From contig OX597816.1 in NCBI GenBank assembly GCA_951406725.2, positions 97,712,001 to 97,776,000 of the forward strand: DNA of 64,000 nucleotides, written 5' to 3'. The notes under the pieces are model-generated. The model was not told the origin of the DNA and did no database searches. It saw only the letters and a program-made list of their open reading frames with translations. Shown one piece after another: positions 36,696-50,859 of this stretch; position 1 is the first letter of the stretch, and each line of letters starts with the position of its first letter. The position numbers and the translations under genes were made by a program. Source of the stretch: Octopus vulgaris. Its lineage: Eukaryota.

Positions 36696-38516
36696 GTGTG
36701 TGTGTGTGTATGTGTATATATATATACAAATGCCCCACCACACACACATACACACATGCACACAAATATACGTATATACATAGATGTGTATACGTTTGTG
36801 CGTGTGTGCATGTTTGTTTGCACCTCTACATGAAATGTAAAATTGTGCTTTCATGAGAGAAATAATCCATAGATATAAAGTCATGCTTAGTTTAGTCAAA
36901 CGTCTAAACTGTATAACAGTATGAAAACCCTGCAACCAATTTTATTTCGTGATGTCTTCTTTTTTTCTCTAATAATGATATACAGCGATGACAAATACAG
37001 CTTCCATGTGTCTACTAGGCTGAAGGCAGAATGGAAAGCGAAATCCATGCTTTATAGGTTGTGTGTCAAGATATCATGATATAGCAAAGATTGGAGAACA
37101 GAGTAGAATACTTTCCCAGCATGAAAATTCATCACTTCAATGTCACGTGGATATTTGTTTACTAAGCCATTAGGCCACTGGGGCAATAACACTATTTTTA
37201 TTGCCGGTCTGTGTCGAGGTTTTGAACATGACTTATACTGCCTAACAAATGACTCTGCAGATTTGGTATCATATTTACATTCGTTTTATAACAAAATCAT
37301 TTGTATTGGAAGACAGACGGAGATAGCACACGCTCGGTTGCCATCTATTGTATTAATTACAGCTACTGGCTTTCTAATGAAGCACTTTAATTCCCCAAAT
37401 GCCTGCAGTTGTAGTCATTGCTTTGCTGGTTGTATAAGTAGCTAATTATTCATGTTATACATTGATGAATTTTGTTCATCTATAAATAATATTCATGAAT
37501 GCCTGCCTATTTCATAGAATATCACGTCTATGAGTACTCGTCTACTGTATAGAATACAATGTCTTGGTGAAAACATATTTCATATGTATCAGAATTCTTC
37601 TGTTTCCCAGAACGTTACTGTGAAATGCATTACTTATTGTATGGTCGCACACAGGTTATTTCTTTTTGTTTTCTTTTTTCATAAATTATATAGGAAATTT
37701 AGTAGCTGTGGCTCTATAAATCATAAGATGTTATTCTGCGAAATCATGTTATTACTTATCATCCAATGAATCCAGTAAGATATGAAGAGATAGTGAAACT
37801 TGGTATGGTCCAGTATTGTAATTCGTAACGTTAATGCTGAGAATTAAAAAAAAATAATCAATTCTCCAACTAGAAAAACTTGCAAACTATTTATCATTAT
37901 AAAACCTCCTATCAATTACGACTCTATTAGAAGAATGTTGACCATAAATACCAAAATTATGTTCTTCTTGCTGTTAATAATAAACAAACCTCCTAAACTC
38001 AGAATATCACATGATAAAAGGTGTTAGGTCTCACGCCTGGAAAATTCGCCGTTTAGCATGAACTAATATAGAAGAATGCACAAACTAGAAAGAGGCACAA
38101 CTCTTCACTGCGTATTGCAAATTGATTATATTCCCTTGATATTCAATAGTCTTAGAGGTTAAAAAAATTTAGAACTATTCGGGTAATAGATTCAGATTCA
38201 ATGTACATTTGATCCCAGGCCCCCAAAACACATGCTTACAGAAAGAATGTACAACTGATCAAATTTCATTTAATTTCTAGTAATTGGTTCATATCATAGA
38301 TATTGGTAACCTGAAATTGTGCACATAAATGGTGGAATATCCAGAGCAAAACAAAAGAAGTGCAAAATCAAAGTTTGTTTGCTTTTAGAAGTCGTAATCT
38401 ACAGTGGTCAATTAGTGTCAATGGATATATATATATCTGTGCAAAAATCTGTATCAGCCTGAAAGAAAAAAAGACTCAGTATTGGCGGCGCGCACACACA
38501 CACACACGTGCATCTA

Positions 38517-40201
38517 CAAGATGTTCTGGTTAAATTTAATGAATTTTATAACTCCTTTTTTTCAGAAACAGCTTGATGTATTTGTGAACAGTTAACAGCA
38601 ATGGAGAGTATAACGATTAAGATTGAAAAACGTTAGGTGGCATGTAGGACTGGAATCCATCTGAATTCGCGACGGGTATCAAAATGCCAATATCACGGAC
38701 GCTGTCCAATGCCTTATCAACACAATGCTGTAATACATGGACTGATGCAAGGTAGACTACAAATTCGTGGAGAGTAGAAAGGGGCAGAACCGACCTTCTG
38801 ACTGCAGCTGTAGGTCGGAATTCATCACCACTTCATTGAACAGGGCCTCAGGCTCAATTTAGACAAGCGTGACTGCTGGAGATTGTTGTCAAATCATGGC
38901 TGGTGATGGTCGCTGCAGGAAAACCATATGTGTGGTAACATGATTCGGCTCCTTACCATACCCCCAGAAAGGTTGAGAAGTATTTGTCGAAGAATTTCTA
39001 CAATTTCACCAGCCCCAATTTCTGTGATTGTCATCTCATGATTTACTACGAGATCTGACCGATAAGTATCCAGACTGTTGTTATAGTAACGACGCTAAAG
39101 AACTCAAGTCACCTAAAGTCACCTGGCACAGATGCACTTTAAACTCTGTTGTGCATGCGCACTAAGTTTTAACGTTCTAGCTCATTTCCACTATTTACAA
39201 CAGTGCTTGAAAGAAAGGTGTGTAGCGGTGATCGTCGCACTGGCCATGACAGAGTAAGTGGAGCGGAGTATCAGCACTAAATTTTGCCAAAAACTTGGCC
39301 ATACTTGCTTACTGGCCTACGTAAAGTTTTCTAAAAGTTTCCATCCTTCTCGACACAATCAAGGCAATCTTGTGCAACTGAAATTCGAGGGCCTTTTTGG
39401 TCAGCTGAAAGCGGTTTGGGCACAAACTTGGCAGACACGCGTCTGATACCCAAATCTGCACCGTAATAATCTGCACATAGCCTGATAATTCACCAATGAT
39501 AATTCGACAATTTATCCTAACAGCTGCATGCACATCTGCGATGTTTTTCTCAGTTCTGCTGGTTACGTGTCTCCCAGAATGTTCGTCAGTATCAACATTT
39601 TTCGACCACTCGTACACTTGTGTTCAGCTCATACACTTTCTACATACACTTTCTGCAACTTTGTGTAGGCCTCGGAGCTGGTATGGCCATGACAACTTTA
39701 TCTGTCATGGTCAATGCGACTGTCACATGCTACACACCTTCCTTCCAAGCACTGCTGTAAACAGCGGAAGTAAGCTAGACCGTTAAATCTTCACATCAGA
39801 GTTTTTAAAGTCAATATGTGCCAAGCGGCTTCACTCTGCGTGCTTTAGCGTCGTTACTATGGCAACAATTCAGATCAGACCTTGTATATGTGGGGTGCGG
39901 TTGAGAAATACACAAGCCATTCTGCCTGCAACAACAAATCCAAGCTTATATGCTCAGATCAAGGAGGAATTAAAAGATCTTCCCATGTACGCAGTGCGGA
40001 TGCATGGGCTAGGTTTCAGAATCGTCTTGAGGCCGTGGTGGAAGCGCAGAGCAGCTACATTGAGTAAACAGTTATCATGTACCAACCATAATATATTGTC
40101 GATATTTTTTGATTTTTAAAATATTATTTTTTATTTTTTGGACGGGATATTGTACTTCTTTTCCTTTTATACAAACTGGCAATTTTAGCTCGAACACCCT
40201 G
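38517..40201 (+). mobile_element. DD37D (maT)-type Tc1/mariner relic, split by a nested mariner
   Basis: TIRs caagatgttctggttaaattt / aattttagctcgaacaccctg; GKPYVW*HDSAPYHT...LSKNFYNFTSPNF...Y|YMWGAVEK...ARFQNRLEAVVEAQSSYIE*. Confidence 0.85.
39049..39884. mobile_element. mariner derivative made of two inverted 5' ends, TA on both sides
   Basis: Left cgagatctgacc...gttgttatagtaacgacgctaaag plus MTE*VERSISTKFCQKLG (+). The right end is the reverse complement (ctttagcgtcgttactatggcaac...tcagaccttg) with YEW..DEHSGRHVTSRTEKNIADVHAAVR (-). Confidence 0.88.
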
Positions 40202-42186
40202 AATACAATCAAGTATATACAAACACACAATCTCCAAAATCGCTTGAAGCATTGAAGGGACGTTAAATCAATTTCTCCCCACAATTCTAAGTTCGTATGG
40301 TTGCTCATCCATGTTTGATACCATACTCAACATGCATTAGATATTGTCTTTCCATCGTTTAAAGGCGTGTAGCCTAGAGAGTCAAGCTATAGTTTTAGAT
40401 AAGCATATTACACCTCATTATATGAAACACCAGAATCAATACATGTTTTATACCATAAATTGATTCATATTATCCAAGTTGGTGGGGTATATAAAAGTAG
40501 TTTATCAGACTTGTTGCAACTTCCTGTTCGATGTACACCTAGAGCATTGAATACATTTAGATATGTTGCTATTGATTGTGTTAGTATTATAACAGTATTT
40601 TTTGTGTTAGATGAGTCACTGAATTTAAAATTCAATTCCTTTACTTTCATCTTTTATCTGTATCACAGAGTACACGTGAATGCAAATTTAATTTGTTCCA
40701 TCTAAACCGACAGAATACTAAGTGGACAGAGAATGACAGTAACTGGTGGTATAGAGACATTAAGAGAAGTAAAAACTTCCTAAATAATAAAAGACCATTA
40801 GAGTTGTTCTTGAACTCCTGCCTTTTTTAGTGTCAATGATAATTCTCAATTTGGTCTAGCTTTTGTTGTCTAGCTTCAGTCAAACATTACAAAACAGACT
40901 TAGGATCAAGTCGAGTCTATCAATACATATATTGCGATATTGTTAAAGTTGCACGTACACTGGATGACATTAAACTTGTTTATACGACTCTGGTTGTAAT
41001 CTGAGAGCAGGCTGATCATTAGCTTGTGTAACGACATAGAAATATCGTTCTTGTCTATCTCCATGAATACTATAGTATATTAGACTCAAAGTTACGGACA
41101 CAAAACACTACTATATGCAGGACATATACAACCTCTGATTTCATCGGTAGTTAGCTCCTCTACCGACCAGGACATCCGCACGTTCTGTTAGGATTATGAA
41201 ATAATATGATTAATAGTAGTTAGTTAAAAGGATTGCTACTATTGAGTACTGATAGAGATTATAATTCACTCTGGTATGGAAGGTAACCATTGTAGGCTTC
41301 TATGGCTGCAGATCGCATTGCTGTCCAAATTCTAATAGAATTTAGAATAATTCAAAAAATATTTTGTTTGAATCAATTTCCATTATGAGAATTTTTATGT
41401 CTATATTTATCTTTTTATTTATTTTTAGTGGTGTTTTTGTTTACTAGTCCATAACATCGCTGGGTTTTCAAGTTTCACTTTCATGTTGAATTTAATCACC
41501 AGCTAGTATTTTGCAGAGAATTTATGTGGTGTATTAATGTTATGTTTTAGGTGTGTACGTCAAAGAATATACAACTGATTTTTATCAGTTTAGAAACACC
41601 TCTAAAGAATTGTGGTTGTATGTCACTGGCAAATGCTGTCAGTAATTATATATTACCAAACATTATTAAATAACTGTGGGAGGACAGAATTCTGTGACAG
41701 AAAATCATAACAAACATAAAGTCACATAATTCTATACAATATCAGAAAATATTGCCGATAAATACACCAAACAAATACACACATATAACTACAGATAAAT
41801 GAATGCATCCATATATTTATATATAAAAACAAATATGTAATATGTACATATATATATATGTGTGTGTGTTCCTGTACACGCGTACGCTCGTATAAGAAGA
41901 CACTCACATACACACGTATATTTGCATGTGCCTCTATGTACCTAAATATATGCATATATATATACGTGTGTATGTGAGGCAGAGACGGGAGATGGAGAGA
42001 GACAGAGGGGAGAAAGAGTGAGAGGGTGAGGGGAGGGAAATAAAAGACAAAAAAGAGATAAACTTAGATATACCTGGCACATTACTGCTACATAATCAAA
42101 TGACCACGTTTGTGCAGTAAAGACACACAAAGTGTCAACTACGCACATAAATAAATAAAGCTAATATATAAGATATACGTTTATAG

Positions 42187-42219
42187 ATACATACATACAT
42201 ACATACATACATACATACA

Positions 42220-42248
<29 letters not shown>
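42187..42248. repeat. (TACA)n microsatellite
   Basis: Directly visible. Confidence 0.95.
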
Positions 42249-42255
<7 letters not shown>

Positions 42256-42465
42256 TGTGTATATATATATGTATATACAAACATATATATATATATATGT
42301 TTGCGTGTGCATTCGCAGTCACACGCATGTATATGAGTGTATTTTAGCATATAGAAATAAATACATAAAAAGTTTCCTTTATTTTTCACTATTTCAACCG
42401 CAAATATTTTTCTCCCGACCTCAGTAACATACATAGAAAATGTGGTAGGAATGAAATAGTAGGGT

Positions 42466-42467
<2 letters not shown>

Positions 42468-42549
<82 letters not shown>
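42468..42549. repeat. (GA)n microsatellite
   Basis: Directly visible. Confidence 0.97.
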
Positions 42550-42552
<3 letters not shown>

Positions 42553-43499
42553 CTGTGTGTGTGCATATCTAGGGTAACGAAATATACAGACAAAATATAA
42601 GATTGTTATATCTGAAAGACACAAAGAGAAACAGACAAAACAATATGAGTCTTATAAAGATGAAACAAAAACGAACCTATGTAGGAACATACACAGAAGT
42701 AGTATACGCACATATGCATACATTTTCACCTCTTCTGTTCTGTTATGTGTCGTTGAGTTTTTATTGCTTTAGACATATCCAAAAGGCCCTCTTGGGCACT
42801 AACTTCAAGAGTCGATCAAATCGATCCCGGTATTTATTTCACATTGTTACAAATTGTATTGAATTCCGTTCATCGAAATTTTAAATCGCATTACGTAAAT
42901 ATACACTACTATAAGCCACCGCACCGTCTTCTTGAGAAACATATACTATACAGGCATGCACATACGCACACACACACACGCCGACAAATGCATAAGTATG
43001 TGTCTGTGTGTACGTTTGTGTGCCTATGCGTCCTTAGCCAATTTTCAAACAGTTTCTGGTGACTAAAATTCCACTCAGAGGTAAACTTTGGTCATGGCTA
43101 TATTAGAAGTCACTTTACAATAAATAAATAAAGAAATAAATTTAAAAGAAACACAATAAATAAATAAAATAAATGAATATAAAAATAAAAAGTTACATTG
43201 TGGAATATAACCCGAAGCTAGGCATGAGGATGATATGAGCTTCACAGCGAAACCAATCCGCAGATTCATAATGCATACATACGTACAAACATATATACAA
43301 TCACACATACATACATGCGTACATACACACATGCACACATACATCCAAACATAAGTACGTACACATACATTCATACATACACACACAGCTGTGCGTGAGA
43401 CCTGCAAACGCATAGGAATACTTAAAATGAATGATTTCCCTTGCAAACTATGTCGGCTTAAAAAAAGTGTAGTTCAGCAAATTATGAATGTTTTTGTTT

Positions 43500-44650
43500 T
43501 TCATGTTACATATGTGAGTAACGACCTTCAACATCTCAATGTCATTGATACTGGTTCTAAAAACAATAATTTCACTGTCATGGAATTTCGATTGTGGGTT
43601 CATGCCCAACACCGATAACAACAATATCACCAATATTGTCAAGAAAGCTATTATCTTGCGTATAAGCTATCACCAAAAACGTAAGTACACGGCTCATTTC
43701 ACCTAATAATTGCAGGAAATTCCTACGACAGGATACATGAAGCCGCCAAAGAAATAATAGTGGGTCGAATCTAATGCAATCTTAAAGCACTTCACAGCTA
43801 AACAGCTGCGGTAACATGCATTCTTTCTTTCCCCGGAGAATCGCTATCGCTGCTAGATGTGGCAACAAATATTATGATTCCTGAGACACTATATATATGC
43901 CTGATATTATTTGAAACCAGCCAAAATCTGACAGAGAACGACGAGAAATTAAATAAGTTGACACCGATGGCACCACGATTACTCAACTTTGTCTGACCGG
44001 TATCTCCTTATACTGACCCGAGTGAGACAACTGTAAAATAAATGTGGTAGAAAAAACATTTTGCAGTCAACTTTGTGAAAAGTTTAACCACATTCTGCAA
44101 GCTATTCTTAAGCAGTATAGATCTTTTTGTTGAGAGTGGTAAGAAAACAAATCCGTCTCATGATAAATATTATCATCCATCTCACCAGAGACTGTAAAAT
44201 AACGTAAAAACTAGTATTAAAATAGCAGTAGCTACCTGATACCCTTGCTGTTACGTTGAAGGAACATCTAAGATATATTTGAAAGTTTAGCAATGGAGAA
44301 ATCCACCACATACAAGATAGATAACGTTTCTACAAGACAACAACAATTTATGCCACAGAATATGACAGTTAAATGCCATTGCAAAATATAAAGCTAGCTA
44401 TAAGCTCACAAGATACCAACAACATCGCTTCAGAAAACTAATAATGAAAGTGTACCAGATTGCTTACATATGATAGACAATAATGTATAAACATTTTAAA
44501 AAAAATATGGCGGGTCAGATACGCATACCGAATTAACATATCATAACACGAGCAAACCATTAGTACACGGATGAAATCAGTTCTTTGGCAAAACGCTCAT
44601 TGCCTGTTTTAACATTTTGTGCAAGTATTTATGACAGCAATACTTGGTTA
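43500..44650 (+). mobile_element. Heavily decayed Penelope-like element
   Basis: Fragments resembling NIVK..I..RIS, PSHxKYY..TVK and RYQQH..FRK in the expected order. Confidence 0.3.
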
Positions 44651-45719
44651 CAGAATGGCAGTCTCCGACACCAATTGGCATAATTACGGCAAGAGACACC
44701 AAATACTGTGCAAGAAAACTTTTTTATATCTCCGAAGTGGGTGTTAATTTCCAAATGCTAGTAGAAAAGTAGGATTTATAAAGTTATTTCATTGACAATT
44801 GTATGTTTTGTGTTTCATTCAGCTACAATATTTGTATGGTTTTACACATGATAGATATTATCAAATTGAGAGGAGACGCCAAAAGTGTAGTGTTTCTTTT
44901 AGTTTTATTTTGATCTGAGTTTAACTTCCGGGCTGCTCAAAGTTTCTGTTCATGTTTCCAGAGCCGAAACAATTATTTACAACTCAAAGATTGAAGTAGA
45001 TTAAATTAGTTGTGCCCTCTACATTTGCCTGCAAAAATCATTATATCTTGGCTGTCGGTAGATGAATAAATAAAATTTCAAACTAAATCTAGTTGCGCTG
45101 CTCTATGCTTTAATTTTACATTGCTAACCATTACTATTTGCAATGGTCTTTCTTCATGGATCGCTGAATAAATAAAATATGGATAGCTTTGAACTAACGC
45201 TCTTCCAAAACATTTAGCCTCACGCAAAAGATAGAAATTGATATTCAGTTGCTCCGCTTTTCATTCTTATTTCTAATAATGCCAGTGCTTATATTGCATT
45301 ATATGCTTCCTGGGACTATATAATAAACAACTGTACCAGTGTAAACGAATACTGACTTCGCAAAAAAGTGTAGCTAAATTCCTATATTACAAAATATGAA
45401 TATCATCATTATCATCATTGCATAACAGCAGTCTGTTAGTGATTCTAATACTTTTGTCTGTAGACTATCAAACCACTACTTGTCTCTTCAGATAGTTATT
45501 ATATATTTTAAGGATCTAGCTATTCCAAGTAGATATGCTGTATGTCGTGTCACTAAGCTGATTTTTATAGTGAATATAGAACCCTATTCTTTGATATTTT
45601 CATACATTTCCTCAGTCATCCATTTATAATACGAATTATAGTTATCTTTCTGAACTTCCAAATCATTTATCAGTTACCTTTTGAAGTCATGAATATATCT
45701 CTCACCGCATTATATTTTC

Positions 45720-46400
45720 CCTTTATTCTGCTGTCGAATGCACCAACTACATTTATTATAGTATTTCTGTAGTACATTTGTATCTAAGTTTCATAGTTCT
45801 ACGTCCTTATCTCGCTTGCTTTTCATGCCTTATAACACATTCACCTGATCATTTAGTTAACTTTCGTCGGACTGTGTTTATAGCTCTTGTCAGTATGCTC
45901 TAGATTTTTCCTGTTACATAGTTAATAGGGTATAGCTGGTGCATTTCTGTCTGGTTTCAAGAATTTGTGCGGCTTCTGTGTCGGATTCTTACTCTCTTAT
46001 ACTAAAATGAATACCGTTCTACTGTTTTACCATATATTCGATATACTGGAAAGATATCCTCGTCTTCAATAAGATCACTTGTGTTCGTATGAAAAGTTAT
46101 TAGAATGCCCTTATGGTACTTTCTGTGGCTTTCTTCATAATTCTTTCTTTTGAGTGGTTCCTAGTCCAAGTTTTCCTAGATAAAGTATTCTTTAAGTAAA
46201 CTTCCTCTAATTTTCCTCCATTTCGTGATTTCTATTTCCTCTTTTCTCGCCACTCAATTTTCATTCTTTCATTTTTACAATCCCTACGACTGTTCCCTTT
46301 ACAGCACAATCTACCCTTCTTAACACTCTTTCATAATCACCACGTTTCATACAGCTTATCAGTATCTCCTTCTCTGGTGAAACATATTATGTATAGTTTG
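45720..46400 (-). mobile_element. Decayed CR1-like LINE 3' portion
   Basis: Weak minus-strand motifs KA....IRAF and LEH...RRKL..MI...YK. Confidence 0.3.
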
Positions 46401-47597
46401 CAAAATTCATACTTATTTCTATTATTTACTTTTTGAACGTTACAGCTGAAAATGCTTGCACTGAACAAGAAGACTGATACAACAGGTTAGCTAATAACTG
46501 TGACAAATTTCATATTGTTTAGGTGGGACTTTAATATATTCTTTTCTCTTCTTATGCATTCATGTTTTAGTGTGTCCATAATTCTAACGCCCTTTACATC
46601 ACAGACTTGTAAATTACCCAGTTTCCTGAAAATCTATTACATATCCTTAATAGTTGGGTACCAGTTTCCCCCCTATTTCGGATTTTTTAAAATTCTTCAT
46701 CCATTCTTACGTACCCCCTGTCAAGTTGCTTTTCATCCTATCAAAATAACTTTAGGTCATCCTTAATGGATAAAATGTAGTTGATTTTAATCTTTTCGTA
46801 ATTTACATCCCACTTTCACGTTTATTAACACGTGGGCTATAATGATAAGGAAGAATTCAAAGAGCAAAATCCATCGACTATTCACTCTCACAGAATCATA
46901 ATATCCCCTTTATTCTTTGCAAATATTCATCCTGGTTTCATCTTTGATGATTCTATATCTTTATCTAATACACGCAGTAATTTCTTATGTCTAAATGATG
47001 GTGATAACTAGTAAATAAATTTATAATTTTTCGGAAACGAAGCTTTCAAACTTTTACAAAGTAAAGTAATATTTATCTCTAAACAGAAGTTTAATAAGCC
47101 AAAAGAAGTGTACCCAACATACCATAAAATATTTTTCAAAGGCGTTGAAATTTCAGGTTTACAAAAGAAATACTGGAGTTCATGTTATCGCAGTGGAGTA
47201 AATGATATAAGGGAGTCTTATCAAGAAACAGAACGTAGTTTACCGATAATGTATATGGAAGAGGTGCTGAAGGAACTTCTCAAATACTTTTGAAACTGAA
47301 AGCAATAAGTTTTACTAAACATTTGATTTTCGTCTATGTGTCTTCTATTTGATCGCACATATAATCACGCACCTGCACACACACATACACAGGTTCATAG
47401 ATATGCAAGCAGATAAAACTGTCAGAAAGAGTCGCGCACATCTCTGTCGTTTAACTGTGTGTATGTATAAAATTTATGATACACACATTCATACACACAC
47501 ATGCACATACACACACAGAGAACGTTGGCATATATTCATGAATATCTATAAGTGTGTGTATATAATATATGTTTACTTGTTTACATTTTCAGGTTTG

Positions 47598-47628
47598 TAT
47601 ATATATATATATATATATATGTATTATG

Positions 47629-47679
<51 letters not shown>

Positions 47680-47730
47680 GTGTGTGTGTATACATAAATA
47701 TGTATATGTATATATATATATATATATGTG
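47598..47730. repeat. (TA)n-rich microsatellite
   Basis: Directly visible. Confidence 0.95.
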
Positions 47731-48468
47731 TATATCGGTGTGGATTGTGCATGTGTGTGTACATTATACAACTGGTTGCACTCACATATGTTTTTATGTT
47801 TATATATATATGTTTGTGTATGTGCGGAGGCATAATATAGATGTAATATTTGGGGAGAGAAGCAAGAGGAGAAATAAAGAGGGTTTTATTTAGTGATTTC
47901 ATATTGCGTTAAACATGATTTCATAACAGAATTACATTACAAGGTCTCAAATATTGCCAATTGAAATCACCATGTCATCACTGGAAATTACTAATGGTGG
48001 GCGCAAATGAGCCTGGAGCATGCGTTGCTTAGCGGCTGAAAATCAAATAGCCTGTTTTATCATGAAAGAGAATTGATCCGATTTTGATGCAGGCGAATCT
48101 GTAGCGAAACACGAGAATCGTGACATAAAAAGTAGATTAACAAGTTCTTGTCACATTTTCAGTTTTTTTGATTAAGTTAACTGGAATCTGAATCCCATGG
48201 CGCGTACTAAATTATCGATTACTAATTTTGTCTATTTTTTTTTACATTTTCTTTGGGAAGCATGCAGTTATTTTGTTTCACAACTATCACCATTCGTTAA
48301 ATGTAATAATAAGTTGTTTTTGTAATAGTGACTTAGTACTGCTTGAGCGGATTGCTGAACGCATTCCTTCCTTATATGACCATCCTGCCGTTTTGAAAAT
48401 GTTTGGTTAAAGTTTCAAAGTGTCATTGGATTCACTGGTTTCCTTCTTTCCTTCATTGCCAGATTATA

Positions 48469-49034
48469 CTGGGTTTTCTGGAAAGTTCGAACCGATTTTT
48501 AAAGGAAAGAAAAAGGTCAATAAATACTTGCCATTACATTTTTAATCAACCAAATATGAACTATTTTGTTGCACAATGCGTCTCCATATTTCCTTTAACT
48601 TGAAAATACCCTCTTCCCAGAAAATACTCTCTTCCCATTCTCAATTAATGACTTGATTTGGTCCCCATCTGTAGTGGATGGTATGCCTCATCGCTCTTTA
48701 TCAATATGGCTACAATCTCCATCTCGGAACCTTGCGAACCACTTCCGTACAGTTCTTTCTGTGCATATTTCTTTGGTTGCTTCTGAGACATTTTTCCCTT
48801 TACGGAAAAAGAAAAGCATCCAGTGCCGAAAATGAGCTTTCTTATCTTCCATTTTAAAGGGTTACAGAATTAACACAGGTTATAGAAACATAAACCTTCT
48901 TCCATGAAAAGATAGCTTAAACTGTACGCTAAATGGAGATGTAGTCAAATCCTATTGTATGGACTCAACTATGTTCTAAAATAAGTCGAAAGGTAAGCTA
49001 CTATAAATCGGCATGAACTTTCCGGACAACCCAA
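48469..49034 (-). mobile_element. mariner deletion derivative with TIRs and TA TSD
   Basis: TA-ctgggttttctggaaagttcgaaccgattt ... aaatcggcatgaactttccggacaacccaa-TA; MEDKK/HFRHWMLFFFRKGKN...ERTVRKWFARFRDGD and FWEEGIFKLKEIWRRIVQQNSSYLVD*. Confidence 0.92.
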
Positions 49035-50344
49035 TACAAAGCTGAGCGAATCCAGAATGACACAAGTTTCTGTTGTAATACTCAGGTATAAATCCAAACC
49101 ACAAATTCAGGACTACAATATTTAATGTGATTTGTTTTAAAGGATTTAGCGTTTACTTTCATGCAGTTTCAGCTGCCCCATAAAGATGAGAGCACACTGA
49201 TCTTCTAAGATTCTTGCTGACAGTTCGATTAAATATAATCTCCCTTGTTTGAGGGAGAGAGAGAGAGGGGGGAGACTGGCCAGTGTGTGGGTGATTGTGT
49301 GCACTTGCAAGTATGTGTTATAGCTGCTCAATATTTAGCCCAACGTAAACCACCATAGAATGAAGAGATAATTAAGAGAATGACTGCATAAATTATCTAA
49401 TATACCTTAAACGATATTCCCATATATATTGCAGTTTATGGAAGATTAGAAAGGTATTAAAAGAAGATCTAGTGAGAAAGTAGAGCTTCTTTCGCTAGAT
49501 TTGATATCTTGATTTTTAGTGTCAGAATTAATACAAATTTAGTGTCAGAATTAATACCATAATGCTGGTAAAACATATAAGTTAATTAGCAAAGGTTCAT
49601 TCCATCAAGTAAAACTATCAAAGTGTCACTACTTTATGCTGCTAAATAGAAGGCATCTTCCAGTCTGATTACATTTCAGAACTAACAATTTTTCGCGATT
49701 TCTCTACTTTTGCTCTGTAACGTATATTATAGGTTTATAATGTTTAGGAAATTGGGTATCGGAGGATTCAAAGCTTATTACTTTCAGATGGAGTTTCAAC
49801 GTTGGAAAGAGTAAGCTTGGGAAAGAAAAACAGTAAGCTGTTGTTTATCCCCAGTCGCACTTAAAAACAAAGACACTGAAGCGATATCTCCATTATTTTC
49901 TATTATTATTACTGCTATATTTTTACTGTATATAGAAGCACATTTATAGGTATAAATCTAAGTTTAGAAATTAGTGATATCTAAAACCATTATTTGAACA
50001 TTTCAATATGTTACATCTGTTTTGTAAAGTATAAAAGACTCAAAACGTGTATATTAAAATAAATATCTTCACATGAGTCGCCAGCGTATATCATGCAAAC
50101 CAGTTGGCTACGATACATATCGGGATGTCCATCCAGCGTAATGGATTTTGTAGATTCCCTCAAAATTCCATCAGAACAATGCATAATATTAATGTACAGT
50201 ATTGTTCTCGGTTGTTTGCGACGAGGAAATCTCCACAACTCAGTGATGAGATAAAACACTTACATACAGATACAATCCACTCTGAAAATGTTGCTTTATT
50301 CTTCACCTAATTAAGTTTGGAAAACTTGGCTCGACACAGGAAAT

Positions 50345-50425
50345 AAGAGTGTAATGTACATAGTGGGATTGAAGACAGTAGCTCTCTATTGAGGAGCGAA
50401 CATATTAACCACTTCGCCGTTCGCA
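50345..50425 (-). mobile_element. Degenerate tRNA-derived SINE head
   Basis: Minus: cggcgaagtggttaatatgttcgc...tcttcaatcccact (A-box and B-box-like). Confidence 0.4.
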
Positions 50426-50790
50426 GAACTTATATATACACACATACAAGTATGGACATACGCCCCAAACACACAGTCCACACACACACGAATAGCAAGA
50501 AAACTTATAAATACAAACTATAGAAACTGCAAGACAAAACAAAGCTCACTACTATACACAAATATATGAAATGTTTTCTGTTTTTTTTTAAATTTCTATT
50601 TGACTGCAAAATTCTAAGTACATAGACTGAAGTGTAAATCGATTTTAAATTTGTAATAAATGCAATAATGACCCAACAATAAGCAAAATAAAAATAGCCA
50701 ATTACCAGAGGACGACACAATTATACTGTGATTGAAACTGATAACAGAGGAGAGAGACTTGAGACTTTGTTTCTACACACATTTGATCGA

Positions 50791-50851
<61 letters not shown>
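50791..50851. repeat. (TA)n microsatellite
   Basis: Directly visible. Confidence 0.97.
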
Positions 50852-50855
<4 letters not shown>

Positions 50856-50859
50856 GCTT

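Noticed and set aside
37000-37445. 101-aa ORF or possible Gypsy RT-RNaseH relic (AFGELKCFIRKPV on minus)
   Set aside because: Single short motif with no supporting neighbours or splice signals.
40820-41195. Possible RTE endonuclease start on the minus strand
   Set aside because: Only an NVR-like tripeptide; insufficient.
49515-49557. Short tandem duplication tttagtgtcagaattaatac x2 (similar case at 62925-62972)
   Set aside because: Real, but an ordinary slippage duplication with no further structure.
50011-50259. Possible RTE C-terminal relic (LWRFPRRKQPR..YI)
   Set aside because: Loose resemblance only.
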